From the NCBI GenBank assembly GCA_947632605.1, contig CANRPX010000001.1, forward strand, positions 116,535-180,534: a stretch of 64,000 nucleotides of DNA. Reading direction: 5' to 3'. The translations under genes and the position numbers were made by a program. The DNA comes from an uncultured Clostridia bacterium. GTDB lineage: Bacteria > Bacillota > Clostridia > TANB77 > CAG-508. Below are positions 49,640-59,710 of this stretch, piece by piece (within the stretch, counting starts at the first letter, position 1; every line of letters starts with the position of its first letter). The notes under the pieces were generated by a model, which saw only the letters and a list, made by a program, of their open reading frames with translations, ran no database searches and was not told where the DNA came from.

Positions 49640-49712
49640 TTTTATAGATTTTTTGAAAATCTAAATACATATAAGGAGATGTATTAGAGAAAATCTAATA
49701 TAGAAAATTTTT

Positions 49713-50201
49713 ATGGACAAGAAAAAAAAGATAGTTATAGCCATATTTATAATTATTATTGCAGCTTTGACAGTAACTTTATGTGCTCTTGAAATGAACA
49801 ATTCCAAAAAAGAAAATAACGAAGCACAAGAAAATGTAGTAAATGAAATAATAGAAGAAAATGTTGTTTCAGAAAATGAAATAAATAATGTTGTAAATAG
49901 CACTGATAATGAAAACTTGAATAATGAAATAACAAGTAGTATATCAAATCCACCTAACACGGTTTACCAAAGTGATGAAGTGTACAATTCAAATTCAGAT
50001 GTTGGAACAACAAATAAGAAAGAAGAGGCTATTAATTTAGTAAAACAAGAATGGGGAGAAGATAGTACAGTTACTTTTAGTTGTGACTCTGTTACAACTA
50101 AAGGAGAATATATTATTGCTGTAACTTCTTTAGAAACAGCAACAGTAAAAAGTTATTTTAGAGTTAACTTAGAAAATAAAACTGTAACAGTAGAATTCTA
50201 G
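49713..50201 (+). CDS. Hypothetical membrane-anchored/secreted protein
   Basis: N-terminal TM helix and an N/E-rich linker. No family recognised. Confidence 0.45.
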   Translation: MDKKKKIVIAIFIIIIAALTVTLCALEMNNSKKENNEAQENVVNEIIEENVVSENEINNVVNSTDNENLNNEITSSISNPPNTVYQSDEVYNSNSDVGTTNKKEEAINLVKQEWGEDSTVTFSCDSVTTKGEYIIAVTSLETATVKSYFRVNLENKTVTVEF

Positions 50202-50213
50202 AAAGGAAAAAGT

Positions 50214-50450
50214 ATGAGTACAAAAAAAGAAGATTTAAATTTTGAACAATTAATGGAAAAATTAGAAGACATTACAAACAAATTAGAAAAAGAGCAATTG
50301 TCTTTAGATGATTCAGTTAAATTGTTTGAAGAAGGAATTGAACTTTCTAAAAAATGCAATTCTAAATTAGAAGAAGCGGAAAAGAAAATAACAATACTAA
50401 TAAACGATAACAACGAGATAAAGGAGGAAAACTTCACACCAGAAGGTTAA
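50214..50450 (+). CDS. xseB: Exodeoxyribonuclease VII small subunit
   Basis: FEQLMEKLEDITNKLE...LSLDDSVKLFEEG. Confidence 0.8.
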   Translation: MSTKKEDLNFEQLMEKLEDITNKLEKEQLSLDDSVKLFEEGIELSKKCNSKLEEAEKKITILINDNNEIKEENFTPEG

Positions 50451-50457
50451 AAAACTT

Positions 50458-50898
50458 ATGACAATCTTTAATCAAATTATAAATAACAAATGTATATGGT
50501 TACCAATTTTATTATGGTTTTTAATACAAACTTTTAAAGTAATTGTAGATTTAATTATAAATAAAAAACTAAATGTAAAAAGAATATTAGGAGCTGGAGG
50601 AATGCCAAGTTCACATTCAGCAATAGTTTCTTCACTTGCTGTTTGTATAGGAAGAGAATATGGCTTTGACTCTGGAATATTTGCTTTTTCTGTTATTATG
50701 GCTTTTGTTGTTATGTATGATGCAGCAGGAGTAAGAAGAGCAGCAGGAAAGCAAGCTAGAATATTAAATAAGATATTAGAAACACCTGGACTTACTACTA
50801 AAGAAGTACAAGAAAAGTTAATTGAAACATTGGGACATACACCAGTTCAAGTATTTGTAGGTGCTTTAATAGGAATAATTGCAGGTGCAATAGTATAA
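50458..50898 (+). CDS. Divergent PAP2 / DUF212 family membrane protein
   Basis: GGMPSSHSA and YDAAGVRR motifs. Confidence 0.7.
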   Translation: MTIFNQIINNKCIWLPILLWFLIQTFKVIVDLIINKKLNVKRILGAGGMPSSHSAIVSSLAVCIGREYGFDSGIFAFSVIMAFVVMYDAAGVRRAAGKQARILNKILETPGLTTKEVQEKLIETLGHTPVQVFVGALIGIIAGAIV

Positions 50899-50926
50899 AA
50901 ATATAAAAGTTAGGTGGTGTTATATT

Positions 50927-52588
50927 ATGACAGATATTGAAATAGCAAGAAGTGTAAAATTAGAAAAAATCACAAAAATTGCCGAAAAATATGGAATAGA
51001 CGAAGACTATTTAGAAGTCTATGGAAAATATAAGGCAAAAATTTCAGAAGAATTTATTAAAAAAGTAGAAACAAAAGAAGATGGAAAATTAATTTTAGTT
51101 ACAGCTATAAATCCAACACCATTAGGAGAAGGAAAAACAACTGTTGCAATAGGATTATCTGATGGATTAAACAGATTAGGAAAAAAATCTGTTTTAGCAT
51201 TAAGAGAACCTTCTTTAGGACCAGTTTTTGGAATAAAAGGAGGAGCAACAGGTGGTGGATATGCTCAAGTTGCACCAATGGAAGATATTAATTTACACTT
51301 TACTGGAGATATTCATGCAATAACATCAGCAAATAATTTATTAGCAGCTATGATTGATAATCATATCTATTATGGAAATAAATTAGGATTTAAAAAAGTT
51401 ATTTGGAAAAGATGTTTAGATTTAAATGATAGAGCTTTAAGAGAAGTAGAAGTAGGACTTTCAAAAGAAAAAAGAATGAAACCAAGAGAAGATGGATTTG
51501 ACATATCTGTTGCATCTGAAATAATGGCTATTTTCTGCTTATCTAAAGATATAAAAGATTTAGAGAGAAGACTTGGAAATATAATAGTTGGATATAATGA
51601 AGTAGATGAACCAATTTTTGCAAAAGATTTGAAAGCAGAAGGAGCATTAACAGTTTTATTAAAAGATGCAATTAATCCAAATATTGTACAAACTCTAGAA
51701 CATAATTTAGCAGTAGTTCATGGTGGACCTTTTGCAAATATTGCACATGGATGTAACAGTATAATAGCAACAAAATTAGCTTTAAAATTAGGAGATTATG
51801 TAGTTACAGAAGCAGGTTTTGGTGCAGATTTAGGTGCTGAAAAATTTGTAAATGTTAAATGTAGAAAAGCAGGATTAAATCCTTCTGTTTGTGTATGTGT
51901 AGCAACACTTAAAGCTTTAAAATATCATGGGGGAGCTAAACAAAGTGAATGTTCTAATGAAAATTTGGAAGCATTAGAAATAGGTATAGAAAATTTAAAA
52001 AGGCATGTTGAAAATATAAAATATAGATATGGATTAACACCTATTGTTGCAATTAACAAATATAAAGATGATTCTGAAAAAGAAATAAAACTTTTAGAAG
52101 AAAAATTAAATGAATTAGGAATAGATTTAAGTTTAACAGATGTATGGGCAAAAGGTGGAGAAGGAGCTATTGATTTAGCTGAGAAAGTTTTGAAATTAAC
52201 AGAAGTAAAAAATAAAATTAATTTTGTTTATAAAGATGAAGATGATATAAAAACAAAAATTGATAAAGTAGCAAGAGAAATTTATGGAGCTGAAGGTGCA
52301 GACTATTCTGAAGAAGCATTAGAACAAATTAAAGTAATAGAAAAAAATGGATACGGAAAATATCCTATTTGTATAGCAAAAACACAATACTCATTCTCAG
52401 ATGATGCAAAAAATCTTTTATGTGACAAACCTTTTAGAATATTTGTAAAAGAGGCAGTTGTAAAAAACGGAGCAGAATTTGTTGTTATAAAAACTGGAAA
52501 AATATTTACTATGCCTGGCCTTCCAGAATCTCCTTCAGCAGAAAGAATAAGAATTGATGAAAATGGAGAAATAGCAGGAATATTCTAA
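50927..52588 (+). CDS. fhs: Formate-tetrahydrofolate ligase
   Basis: TPLGEGKTT motif and full-length pattern. Confidence 0.9.
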   Translation: MTDIEIARSVKLEKITKIAEKYGIDEDYLEVYGKYKAKISEEFIKKVETKEDGKLILVTAINPTPLGEGKTTVAIGLSDGLNRLGKKSVLALREPSLGPVFGIKGGATGGGYAQVAPMEDINLHFTGDIHAITSANNLLAAMIDNHIYYGNKLGFKKVIWKRCLDLNDRALREVEVGLSKEKRMKPREDGFDISVASEIMAIFCLSKDIKDLERRLGNIIVGYNEVDEPIFAKDLKAEGALTVLLKDAINPNIVQTLEHNLAVVHGGPFANIAHGCNSIIATKLALKLGDYVVTEAGFGADLGAEKFVNVKCRKAGLNPSVCVCVATLKALKYHGGAKQSECSNENLEALEIGIENLKRHVENIKYRYGLTPIVAINKYKDDSEKEIKLLEEKLNELGIDLSLTDVWAKGGEGAIDLAEKVLKLTEVKNKINFVYKDEDDIKTKIDKVAREIYGAEGADYSEEALEQIKVIEKNGYGKYPICIAKTQYSFSDDAKNLLCDKPFRIFVKEAVVKNGAEFVVIKTGKIFTMPGLPESPSAERIRIDENGEIAGIF

Positions 52589-52625
52589 AAAATTTAAAAT
52601 AAAAAATATATAAATTTAAAAAATA

Positions 52626-52657
52626 AAAAATCCCTTAATATAAATTAAGGGATTTTT
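52626..52657. terminator. Bidirectional terminator
   Basis: aaaaatcccttaat-ataa-attaagggattttt. Confidence 0.6.
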
Positions 52658-52668
52658 GGTTTTTTGTA

Positions 52669-53640
52669 TTAATTATTATTTTCTCCTCCTAGATTAGAAA
52701 GAATTATTCTAGGTAAAGCTAAAACTTTTAAGAAAGCTAATTTTATTTTCTTCTTTATCATATAAAATTTATTTAAACTTCTAGGACTTACAAGATAGTT
52801 ATCAAGGTTATCTGTTTCTACAAGAGCAGTAGTACCAGCTTCTTCATTGTTTGTAGTTTCTTCTTCAATATTATTTTCAATTAAAGAAGGTTCAGTTACT
52901 TTTTCTTCTTGTTCAACAACTGATGTTTTTTCATATAATCCTGAAATTAAGTCATCTATTAAACTATTTACTACATTATCTTCTTCTAAATCAGATACAT
53001 CTTCAGAAAATTTAGCTTCTGATACATTTTGTTCATCTTGGTTAGTTTCTTCTTGATAAAATTCATCAAATAGTTTATCAATATCTAAATCTAATGAAGT
53101 TTCTTGAACTATATTACCAATTGAATCTTCAATTTCAATATGTTCTTCGTTTTCAGGTGCAACTTCAAAAGCATCAATATTAGTATTTTCTTCACTTTGA
53201 GGTTCTGCTAAATCAGATCCAAGAGTAACTTCTTCATCTGCAAGATTTATAGTGTCATCTTCTATTAATCCAATATCGCATTTTGTAACGTTTTCTACTA
53301 ATGTATCAATAATTTCTTCATTTATAATAAAATTTTCTTCTGCTTCTTTTTTAGTAATAGGGGCAGTAAAGTTATTATTATAATTATTATCCCATTCATA
53401 ATTTGAATTTCTAAAACAGAAATTTAAATTACTAAAGCTTAAAATCTTTATTTCAGCAACAAAACCATTTTCTGTTTTTTGCATTTCTAATTCAGTAGTA
53501 TTATTCCAACTACTATCAAATCCATATACAATAGATACAGATTCGGAATTATTTTTAAATAAAAATCCAGAATATGTAATGGTACAAGTTTCATTTTCTA
53601 TTAAATTTCCACTAAATGAGATATCATTTGTTAAATTCAT
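52669..53640 (-). CDS. Acidic protein with an N-terminal carbohydrate-binding-module-like domain
   Basis: The N-terminal ~100 aa resemble starch-binding CBM25-type modules (YGFDSSWNN...WDNNYNNNF). The rest is E/D/N-rich low complexity. Start chosen at the ATG 8 nt after AGGAG. Confidence 0.45.
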   Translation of the reverse strand: MNLTNDISFSGNLIENETCTITYSGFLFKNNSESVSIVYGFDSSWNNTTELEMQKTENGFVAEIKILSFSNLNFCFRNSNYEWDNNYNNNFTAPITKKEAEENFIINEEIIDTLVENVTKCDIGLIEDDTINLADEEVTLGSDLAEPQSEENTNIDAFEVAPENEEHIEIEDSIGNIVQETSLDLDIDKLFDEFYQEETNQDEQNVSEAKFSEDVSDLEEDNVVNSLIDDLISGLYEKTSVVEQEEKVTEPSLIENNIEEETTNNEEAGTTALVETDNLDNYLVSPRSLNKFYMIKKKIKLAFLKVLALPRIILSNLGGENNN

Positions 53641-53836
53641 TTTCATTACTCCTATTTTTAACACTATTATTCAAATCCATTATAATGATAATTTATAAAT
53701 AATTCAAGGGAATATAATTTTTTTATATTACATTTGTGTTACAAATATGTTACAAAATATAAAAATGGAATAAAAATTATAAATTGTAAAATAATAGTAA
53801 TTAGAAAAGCATTGCTAATAAAGGAGTTTATAAAAT

Positions 53837-54496
53837 ATGAAATTAAAAAAACTAATTCTATTATTTATAATTTTTTCGATTATAGTAGGATTATTTTCAA
53901 TTTCTTTTTCACTTTCAAAATATGGTTCAAGAGGAGAAGAAGTAAAGAAGATTCAAACTAAATTAAAAAATTGGGGATATTATTCTGGATCAGTAGATGG
54001 AATTTATGGTTCAAAAACTTTTGAAGCAGTAAAAAAATTTCAAAGAAAAAATGGATTAACAGTAGATGGTATAGCAGGTACTAATACTTTAAAAGCTTTA
54101 GGAATTACTTCTAGTAATTCATCAAGTGGAAATAAAAGTACAAATAATACAGATTTGAATTTGCTAAGTAAATTGGTACACGCAGAAGCAAGAGGAGAAC
54201 CATATAAGGGTATGGTAGCTGTTGCTGCAACTGTTTTAAATAGAGTATCAAGCTCTAAATTTCCAAACACAATTGCTGGAGTAATATATCAATCAGGAGC
54301 ATATACATGTGTATCTGATGGACAAATAAATTTAGAAGCTAGTTCTCAAGCTAAAAAAGCTGCTCAAGATGCAATAAATGGATGGGATCCTACTTCTGGA
54401 TGTATATATTATTTTAATCCAAGTACAGCAACATCATCATGGATTTGGAGTAGACCACAAGTACTTACAATTGGAAAACATATCTTTTGTAAATAA
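53837..54496 (+). CDS. sleB: SleB-like spore cortex-lytic enzyme
   Basis: PG-binding repeat (VKKIQTKLKNWGYYSGSVDGIYG) plus a cell-wall hydrolase domain (AEARGEPYKGMVAVAATVLNR). Confidence 0.8.
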   Translation: MKLKKLILLFIIFSIIVGLFSISFSLSKYGSRGEEVKKIQTKLKNWGYYSGSVDGIYGSKTFEAVKKFQRKNGLTVDGIAGTNTLKALGITSSNSSSGNKSTNNTDLNLLSKLVHAEARGEPYKGMVAVAATVLNRVSSSKFPNTIAGVIYQSGAYTCVSDGQINLEASSQAKKAAQDAINGWDPTSGCIYYFNPSTATSSWIWSRPQVLTIGKHIFCK

Positions 54497-54571
54497 TTTA
54501 AAATCAGGGTAAATTGTTGTTATAGTTAGTTTGACAAAACCTTAACATATTGGTAATATATATATGAAAAT

Positions 54572-55087
54572 ATGGAGGAGAATTATATGACACTTTATCC
54601 TGATTTTTATTGTAAAAAAGTTACTGATATTAATATAGAATATTTAAAAAAAAATAATATAAAAGCATTAATTTTAGATGTAGATAATACTCTTTTAGAT
54701 TTTGATTTAAAAATTTTAGATGGTTTAGAAGATTGGTACGATAATATCAAAAAAAATGATATAAAATGTATAATACTTTCAAATAGTAATAAATTGGAAA
54801 AAATAAAAAAAGTAGCAAATTTATTGCAAATACCTTTTATAAATTTTGCTACTAAACCTTTAAAAAGAGGATTTAAAAAAGCTCAAAAAGAATTAAATAT
54901 TCCAAATGAAAATATTGCAGTTGTTGGTGACCAAATATTTACAGATGTTATAGGAGCAAATAGAATGAAAATGCATTCTATACTTGTTGAACCAATAAAT
55001 AAAAAAGATTTATTTTTAACGAAAATTAAAAGACCATTAGAAGAAGTAGTTATTAAAAAATATTTAAAGAAGCAGGTAAATAAATAA
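54572..55087 (+). CDS. yqeG: YqeG-family HAD phosphatase
   Basis: LDVDNTL and VGDQIFTD motifs. Confidence 0.75.
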   Translation: MEENYMTLYPDFYCKKVTDINIEYLKKNNIKALILDVDNTLLDFDLKILDGLEDWYDNIKKNDIKCIILSNSNKLEKIKKVANLLQIPFINFATKPLKRGFKKAQKELNIPNENIAVVGDQIFTDVIGANRMKMHSILVEPINKKDLFLTKIKRPLEEVVIKKYLKKQVNK

Positions 55088-55857
55088 TGTATTTTAATGA
55101 TGTACATATTTTAATTTATGTGGTAATAGTAGCAATAGGGCTTATAGTAGGAAAATTTTGTGCTTGGTGCAATATGAGAATTCCAGAAAATAAAAAAATT
55201 TTTAGTAAAGATTTTTTTATTGAAGATAAAAAAGGAATTCCTCTTAATTATGTATTTATGATACTTACATCAATAATTTATATATTATTACTATATAAGT
55301 TTGGAATAAAAAAAGATGGAATTTTACAAAATTTAGATTTAATAAAATTAATTATATTAGTTCCAATGTTATTATTAACTTTCTTTATAGACTTTAAACA
55401 TAGAATAATTCCAAATAGATTAACTTTAACAATGTTTGAATTTGGTTTAGCAATAACTTTTATTTATGGTATTACAAATGTAAATATGGCAAAAGATTAT
55501 ATAATTGGAATGCTTACAGGTGCTGGAATTTTCTTTTTAATTACACTTCTTGGAAAGGTAATTTCTGGAAAGGAAGTAATGGGATTTGGCGATGTAAAAT
55601 TCATGGGAGCTTTAGGACTTTTTTCTGGAATGAACACTATTGCTGAAATAACTTTACTTACTTTTGCAATATCAGCTGTATGCTCAATTTTAATTATTAT
55701 TTATAGAATTATTATTAAAAGTAAAGATGAATATATTCCTTTTGGACCTTTTTTAGTAATTTCAACATTTATTTGTATGTTTATACCATCAGGATATGTA
55801 TTTGATATATTTCTACTAATATGTAAAGAAATTAGTAATAGAATATTGATATTTTAG
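55087..55857 (+). CDS. Prepilin peptidase (A24 family)
   Basis: Multi-TM protein with a GFGDVKFMGALG motif. Confidence 0.75.
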   Translation: MYFNDVHILIYVVIVAIGLIVGKFCAWCNMRIPENKKIFSKDFFIEDKKGIPLNYVFMILTSIIYILLLYKFGIKKDGILQNLDLIKLIILVPMLLLTFFIDFKHRIIPNRLTLTMFEFGLAITFIYGITNVNMAKDYIIGMLTGAGIFFLITLLGKVISGKEVMGFGDVKFMGALGLFSGMNTIAEITLLTFAISAVCSILIIIYRIIIKSKDEYIPFGPFLVISTFICMFIPSGYVFDIFLLICKEISNRILIF

Positions 55858-55869
55858 GAGGTTTTAATT

Positions 55870-56937
55870 ATGAATGTAAAAGTAAAATGGCTTAAAAATC
55901 AATTGGCAAATTTGAAATTAGATGGAATGATAATTACAAATCCTGTAAATATAAGGTATTTAACGGGCTTATCAGAAGAAGGAACATTAATTATTGCTAA
56001 AAGAGAAAATATATTTATTACAGATGGAAGATATATAGAAAGTGTTAACAAAAAACTTACAATAGATGATGAAATTGTAGTTTATAATGTAAGAGAATTA
56101 GATAAAATTGATTATGAAAATATTTTTACAATAGATGATAATGTAGGATTTGAAGAAAACTATGTAACGTATGAAAATTACAAAAAATATTTGCATACAT
56201 ATAGAGTAAATTTAATTGAAACAGAAGGTTTAATTGAAAATCAAAGAATAATTAAAGAACCAGAAGAATTAGAATTAATTAAAAAAGCTTGTGGAATTAC
56301 AGATAGAGCATTTGAATATATAATAAGAAATATTAAAGAAGGTATGACTGAAAAGGAAATAGCTTTTGAAATAGAAAGATTTATGATAAAAAATGGAGCT
56401 GATGGTTTAGCATTTGACTCAATTGTTGCATCTGGAGAAAATAGTTCAAAACCACATGCAGTTCCTACTGATAGAATAATTCGTTCAGGAGATATAATTC
56501 AATTCGATATTGGTTGTAAATATAAAGGATTTTGTTCAGATTTATCTAGAGTAGTTTTTGTAGATGAAATTGAACCAGAATATAAAGAAATATACAGCTT
56601 TGTATTAAATGAGCAAAAGAAAATGGCAGATTCTCTTAAAGATGGAGCAAATATAAGATTAGCTGTTAAAGATAGAGAAGAAGATTATAAAAATAGAAAT
56701 TTCGATATTGCACACAGTTTTGGACATGGAGTTGGTATAGAAATTCATGAATTACCAAGATTATATGCAAAAACAGATAATATATTAAAAGAAAATTCTG
56801 TAATTACAGTTGAACCAGGAGTATATATTCCTGGAAGATTTGGAATAAGAATTGAAGATACTTATAAAGTAAATAAAACTAATTGTGAAGCTTTAACACA
56901 ATGTTCAAAAAATTATACAGTAATAAACTTAGTTTAA
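55870..56937 (+). CDS. Xaa-Pro aminopeptidase (M24B)
   Basis: HGVGIEIHE and VEPGVY motifs. Confidence 0.8.
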   Translation: MNVKVKWLKNQLANLKLDGMIITNPVNIRYLTGLSEEGTLIIAKRENIFITDGRYIESVNKKLTIDDEIVVYNVRELDKIDYENIFTIDDNVGFEENYVTYENYKKYLHTYRVNLIETEGLIENQRIIKEPEELELIKKACGITDRAFEYIIRNIKEGMTEKEIAFEIERFMIKNGADGLAFDSIVASGENSSKPHAVPTDRIIRSGDIIQFDIGCKYKGFCSDLSRVVFVDEIEPEYKEIYSFVLNEQKKMADSLKDGANIRLAVKDREEDYKNRNFDIAHSFGHGVGIEIHELPRLYAKTDNILKENSVITVEPGVYIPGRFGIRIEDTYKVNKTNCEALTQCSKNYTVINLV

Positions 56938-57008
56938 AAAGCTTGATTTAAAAGGAATATTATGGTAATATTATATATAGTTTAAATAAATAGAAAAGGA
57001 GAATTATT

Positions 57009-57575
57009 ATGGCAGACGTATATATGGCTGGAGATTTAAGAAATAATACAACTTTTGAATTAGATGGAAATGTTTTTAAAGTTGTTGAATTTCAACATGT
57101 AAAACCAGGAAAAGGAGCAGCATTTGTTAGAGTAAAAATGAAAAATGTCATAACAGGAGCTGTTATAGAAAGAACATTTAACCCTTCAGAAAAATTACAA
57201 GGTGCAGAAATAGAAAAAAGAGAAATGCAATATTTATATAATGATGGTGGACTTTATTATTTAATGGATAACACAACTTATGAACAAATACCATTAAATG
57301 AAGAACAATTAGGAGATGCATTAAAATACATAAAAGAAAATATGAATGTTACAGTATTATCTTTTAAAGGAAAAGTATTTAATGTAGAACCTCCTATGTT
57401 TGTAGAACTAGAAGTTACATATACAGAACCAGGATTCAGTGGAAACACAACAACAACTTCTGGAAAACCTGCAACACTAGAAAATGGACTAGAAATATCT
57501 GTACCATTATTTGTAAATATTGGTGATGTTATTAGAATAGATACAAGAACAGGTTTATATATGGAAAGAATCTAA
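57009..57575 (+). CDS. efp: Elongation factor P
   Basis: [16 protein letters not shown] motif. Confidence 0.9.
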   Translation: MADVYMAGDLRNNTTFELDGNVFKVVEFQHVKPGKGAAFVRVKMKNVITGAVIERTFNPSEKLQGAEIEKREMQYLYNDGGLYYLMDNTTYEQIPLNEEQLGDALKYIKENMNVTVLSFKGKVFNVEPPMFVELEVTYTEPGFSGNTTTTSGKPATLENGLEISVPLFVNIGDVIRIDTRTGLYMERI

Positions 57576-58151
57576 AAAAATTCTAAAGGATTGACGGCTA
57601 TGCCGTCTTTTTTTATTCCTAAATGTAAGTGACATCCGCGTAGTAGCACCATTTGTAGGGTTGCCATTAGAGTCTTTATATGGATTATTTGGAATTCCAA
57701 AAATGTTTTTCGGACCAACATTTGCAATTTGTTCTCCAGAAGATACAATTTGTCCAACAGATACTATAAAATTAGGAGAAACATGTGAATATGAAACATC
57801 TAAATTATTGCTTCTAACAGTAATAGTACAACCATTTGCACCTTGAAAACCAATAAAAATAATTTTTCCATCTGTAACTGAATAAATATTTGTGTTTTGA
57901 GGAGCAGAAATATCAATTCCAGAATGTGTACTAGAAGCACCAGAAGTAGGACTTCTTCTAGGACCGAATTGAGAAGTAATTGTATGAAATCCAGGAATAG
58001 GCCAAAAGAATTCATTATTAGAAAAATAATAATTTGAATCTAAATCTTCTACTTTAGAATTAAAATCTAAGTTTTGGCTATAATAAAAAATAGAAATGTA
58101 AATAATAATTATAATTAGAATAAAAGAGTAATATGAAAAAAATTTATTAAT
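57572..58151 (-). pseudogene. M23-family metallopeptidase lacking a canonical start and carrying a frameshift near 57638-57640
   Basis: Hand translation gives ...FWPIPGFHTITSQFGPRRSPTSGASSTHSGIDISAP...NGATT in one frame and [21 protein letters not shown] in another. AGGAGG is followed after 7 nt by ATT, with an in-frame TAA upstream and no ATG/GTG/TTG. Confidence 0.65.
57593..57614 (+). terminator. efp terminator, embedded in the convergent M23 gene
   Basis: gacggc-tat-gccgtc followed by T7. Confidence 0.6.
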
Positions 58152-58234
58152 ATTAAAACCTCCTTTTAAAAAAATAATTTATTTTAAAGAAAATAAAAAA
58201 AGCTAGAAATATATTAAATCTAGCTTTTTGCTTA

Positions 58235-58309
58235 TGGCAGGGGTAGTAGGATTCGAACCCACACAGGCGGTTTTGGAGACCGATGTGCTACCATTGACAC
58301 TATACCCCT
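58235..58309 (-). tRNA. tRNA-Trp (CCA)
   Basis: Acceptor AGGGGUA/UACCCCU, anticodon loop CUCCAAA, T-arm GGUUCGAAUCC, encoded CCA. Followed by a hairpin terminator at about 58195-58229. Confidence 0.9.
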
Positions 58310-58408
58310 AATTCAATAACAATAAATATTTTAGCATATTTGTTTTTTTTATTCAAGTAAATTTTAAATAAATAATAAATAAAAATATAAGAAAATATAA
58401 AAAAAGGC

Positions 58409-58437
58409 TTGCAAAAACATTCAATAAACGTTATAAT
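58409..58437 (+). promoter_or_regulatory. Promoter of the surface-protein/sortase operon
   Basis: TTGCAA, 17 nt, TATAAT. Confidence 0.5.
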
Positions 58438-58480
58438 ATTAATAGTTTTAACTTTAATATATGAATTTAGGGAGGAAATT

Positions 58481-59086
58481 ATGAGAAAATTATCAAAAAT
58501 ATTAACTATGACAGTTGTAGTTTTAGCTGTAATTGCAATGTCATTAAACGTAAATGCAGCAACACAAAAAGAAACTTTAATCAATTATATTAGAGAAGCA
58601 CATGTTGTTAATGGAATGATGTTTGAAATAACAAATGCACAAAAAAATGCATTAACAGATTACATTAACACAAGCATTAGTGAAGAAACAGCACAAGCTG
58701 TTTACAACGATTTAGTATCAATTGAAAATACTATAAAAAATACAGGAGCAACAAATACATCACAAATTAGTAGAGATGTTAGAGAAAAAGTTTTAGCACA
58801 AGCTAAAGCAACAGCTACAAAAGCTGGATTAACTTTAAATGTTGATACAAGAAACAATACATTCACTTTATTAAAAACTAATGGAGAAGTTTTAGCTTCT
58901 GGTGGATATTTATCATTAGTTACAAATCCAGGAGCAAATCCAGGATCTTCAAACGGAGGATCTTCAAATGGATCAACAGCTGGAGGAAATAAATTATTAT
59001 ATACAGGTGCTAATTATGTTGTATATGCATTACCAGTTTTAGCAATAGTTGCCGTTGCATTAGTTGTTAAAAAGAGAAAAGCATAA
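58481..59086 (+). CDS. Secreted surface protein with a sortase-type C-terminal anchor signal
   Basis: Signal peptide (cleavage after VNA), G/S/N linker, then LLYTGA, a hydrophobic helix and a KKRKA tail. GGAGG lies before the ATG at 58481. Confidence 0.6.
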   Translation: MRKLSKILTMTVVVLAVIAMSLNVNAATQKETLINYIREAHVVNGMMFEITNAQKNALTDYINTSISEETAQAVYNDLVSIENTIKNTGATNTSQISRDVREKVLAQAKATATKAGLTLNVDTRNNTFTLLKTNGEVLASGGYLSLVTNPGANPGSSNGGSSNGSTAGGNKLLYTGANYVVYALPVLAIVAVALVVKKRKA

Positions 59087-59091
59087 TTTAA

Positions 59092-59709
59092 ATGAGTAAA
59101 AAAATACTAAATATATTTAAAGCAGCTATTATATCTTTAATAGTTGCTTTTTTATTTGTTATAATTACTTGTATTACTTTGAGTAAGATAGGAAAAGAAA
59201 AGATTAATACGGCAATATATCTTTTAAAAGTAATTACAGTAAATGAGCAAAATATAAAAGGAGTTCAACCAGTATTAGAAGGTAATGTTCTAATTAATTA
59301 TCCAACTTATGGAAGTAAATATGCTACAATTAAAATTGATAGCATAGGATTAGAATTACCAGTCTATTATGGTGCTAATTATACAATTCTAAAAAGTGGT
59401 GTTGCACATGACGAGAATTCTTTTTTCCCAGGAGAAGGTGGAAGTATAATTTTAGCAGGACACAATTTTAGTAGTTTTCTTGGAGATTTACCAGAGGCTA
59501 AAATCGGAGATAAAATAGAATTAGAAACTAATTATGGAAATTTTACTTATGAAATTTATGATACAAAAATTGTTAAAGAAACTGCAGTAGATGAAGTTCC
59601 AATTCAAGATGAAAAAGAAATTTTAATGATTTATACTTGTTGGCCAATTAATAATATAGGTCATGCATCTGAAAGATATGTAGTATATGCTAATTTATTG
59701 GAGGAGTAA
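59092..59709 (+). CDS. Sortase-family transpeptidase
   Basis: N-terminal TM helix, LAGHN His motif, MIYTCWP (TLxTC-type Cys), conserved ERYVV Arg region. Confidence 0.8.
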   Translation: MSKKILNIFKAAIISLIVAFLFVIITCITLSKIGKEKINTAIYLLKVITVNEQNIKGVQPVLEGNVLINYPTYGSKYATIKIDSIGLELPVYYGANYTILKSGVAHDENSFFPGEGGSIILAGHNFSSFLGDLPEAKIGDKIELETNYGNFTYEIYDTKIVKETAVDEVPIQDEKEILMIYTCWPINNIGHASERYVVYANLLEE

Positions 59710-59710
59710 A

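Noticed and set aside
53734-53961. A 75-aa ORF overlapping the sleB start.
   Set aside because: It starts at TTG with no RBS and overlaps the promoter region and the N-terminal part of the well-supported sleB ORF in another frame. Its K/I/N-rich composition reflects AT-rich DNA.
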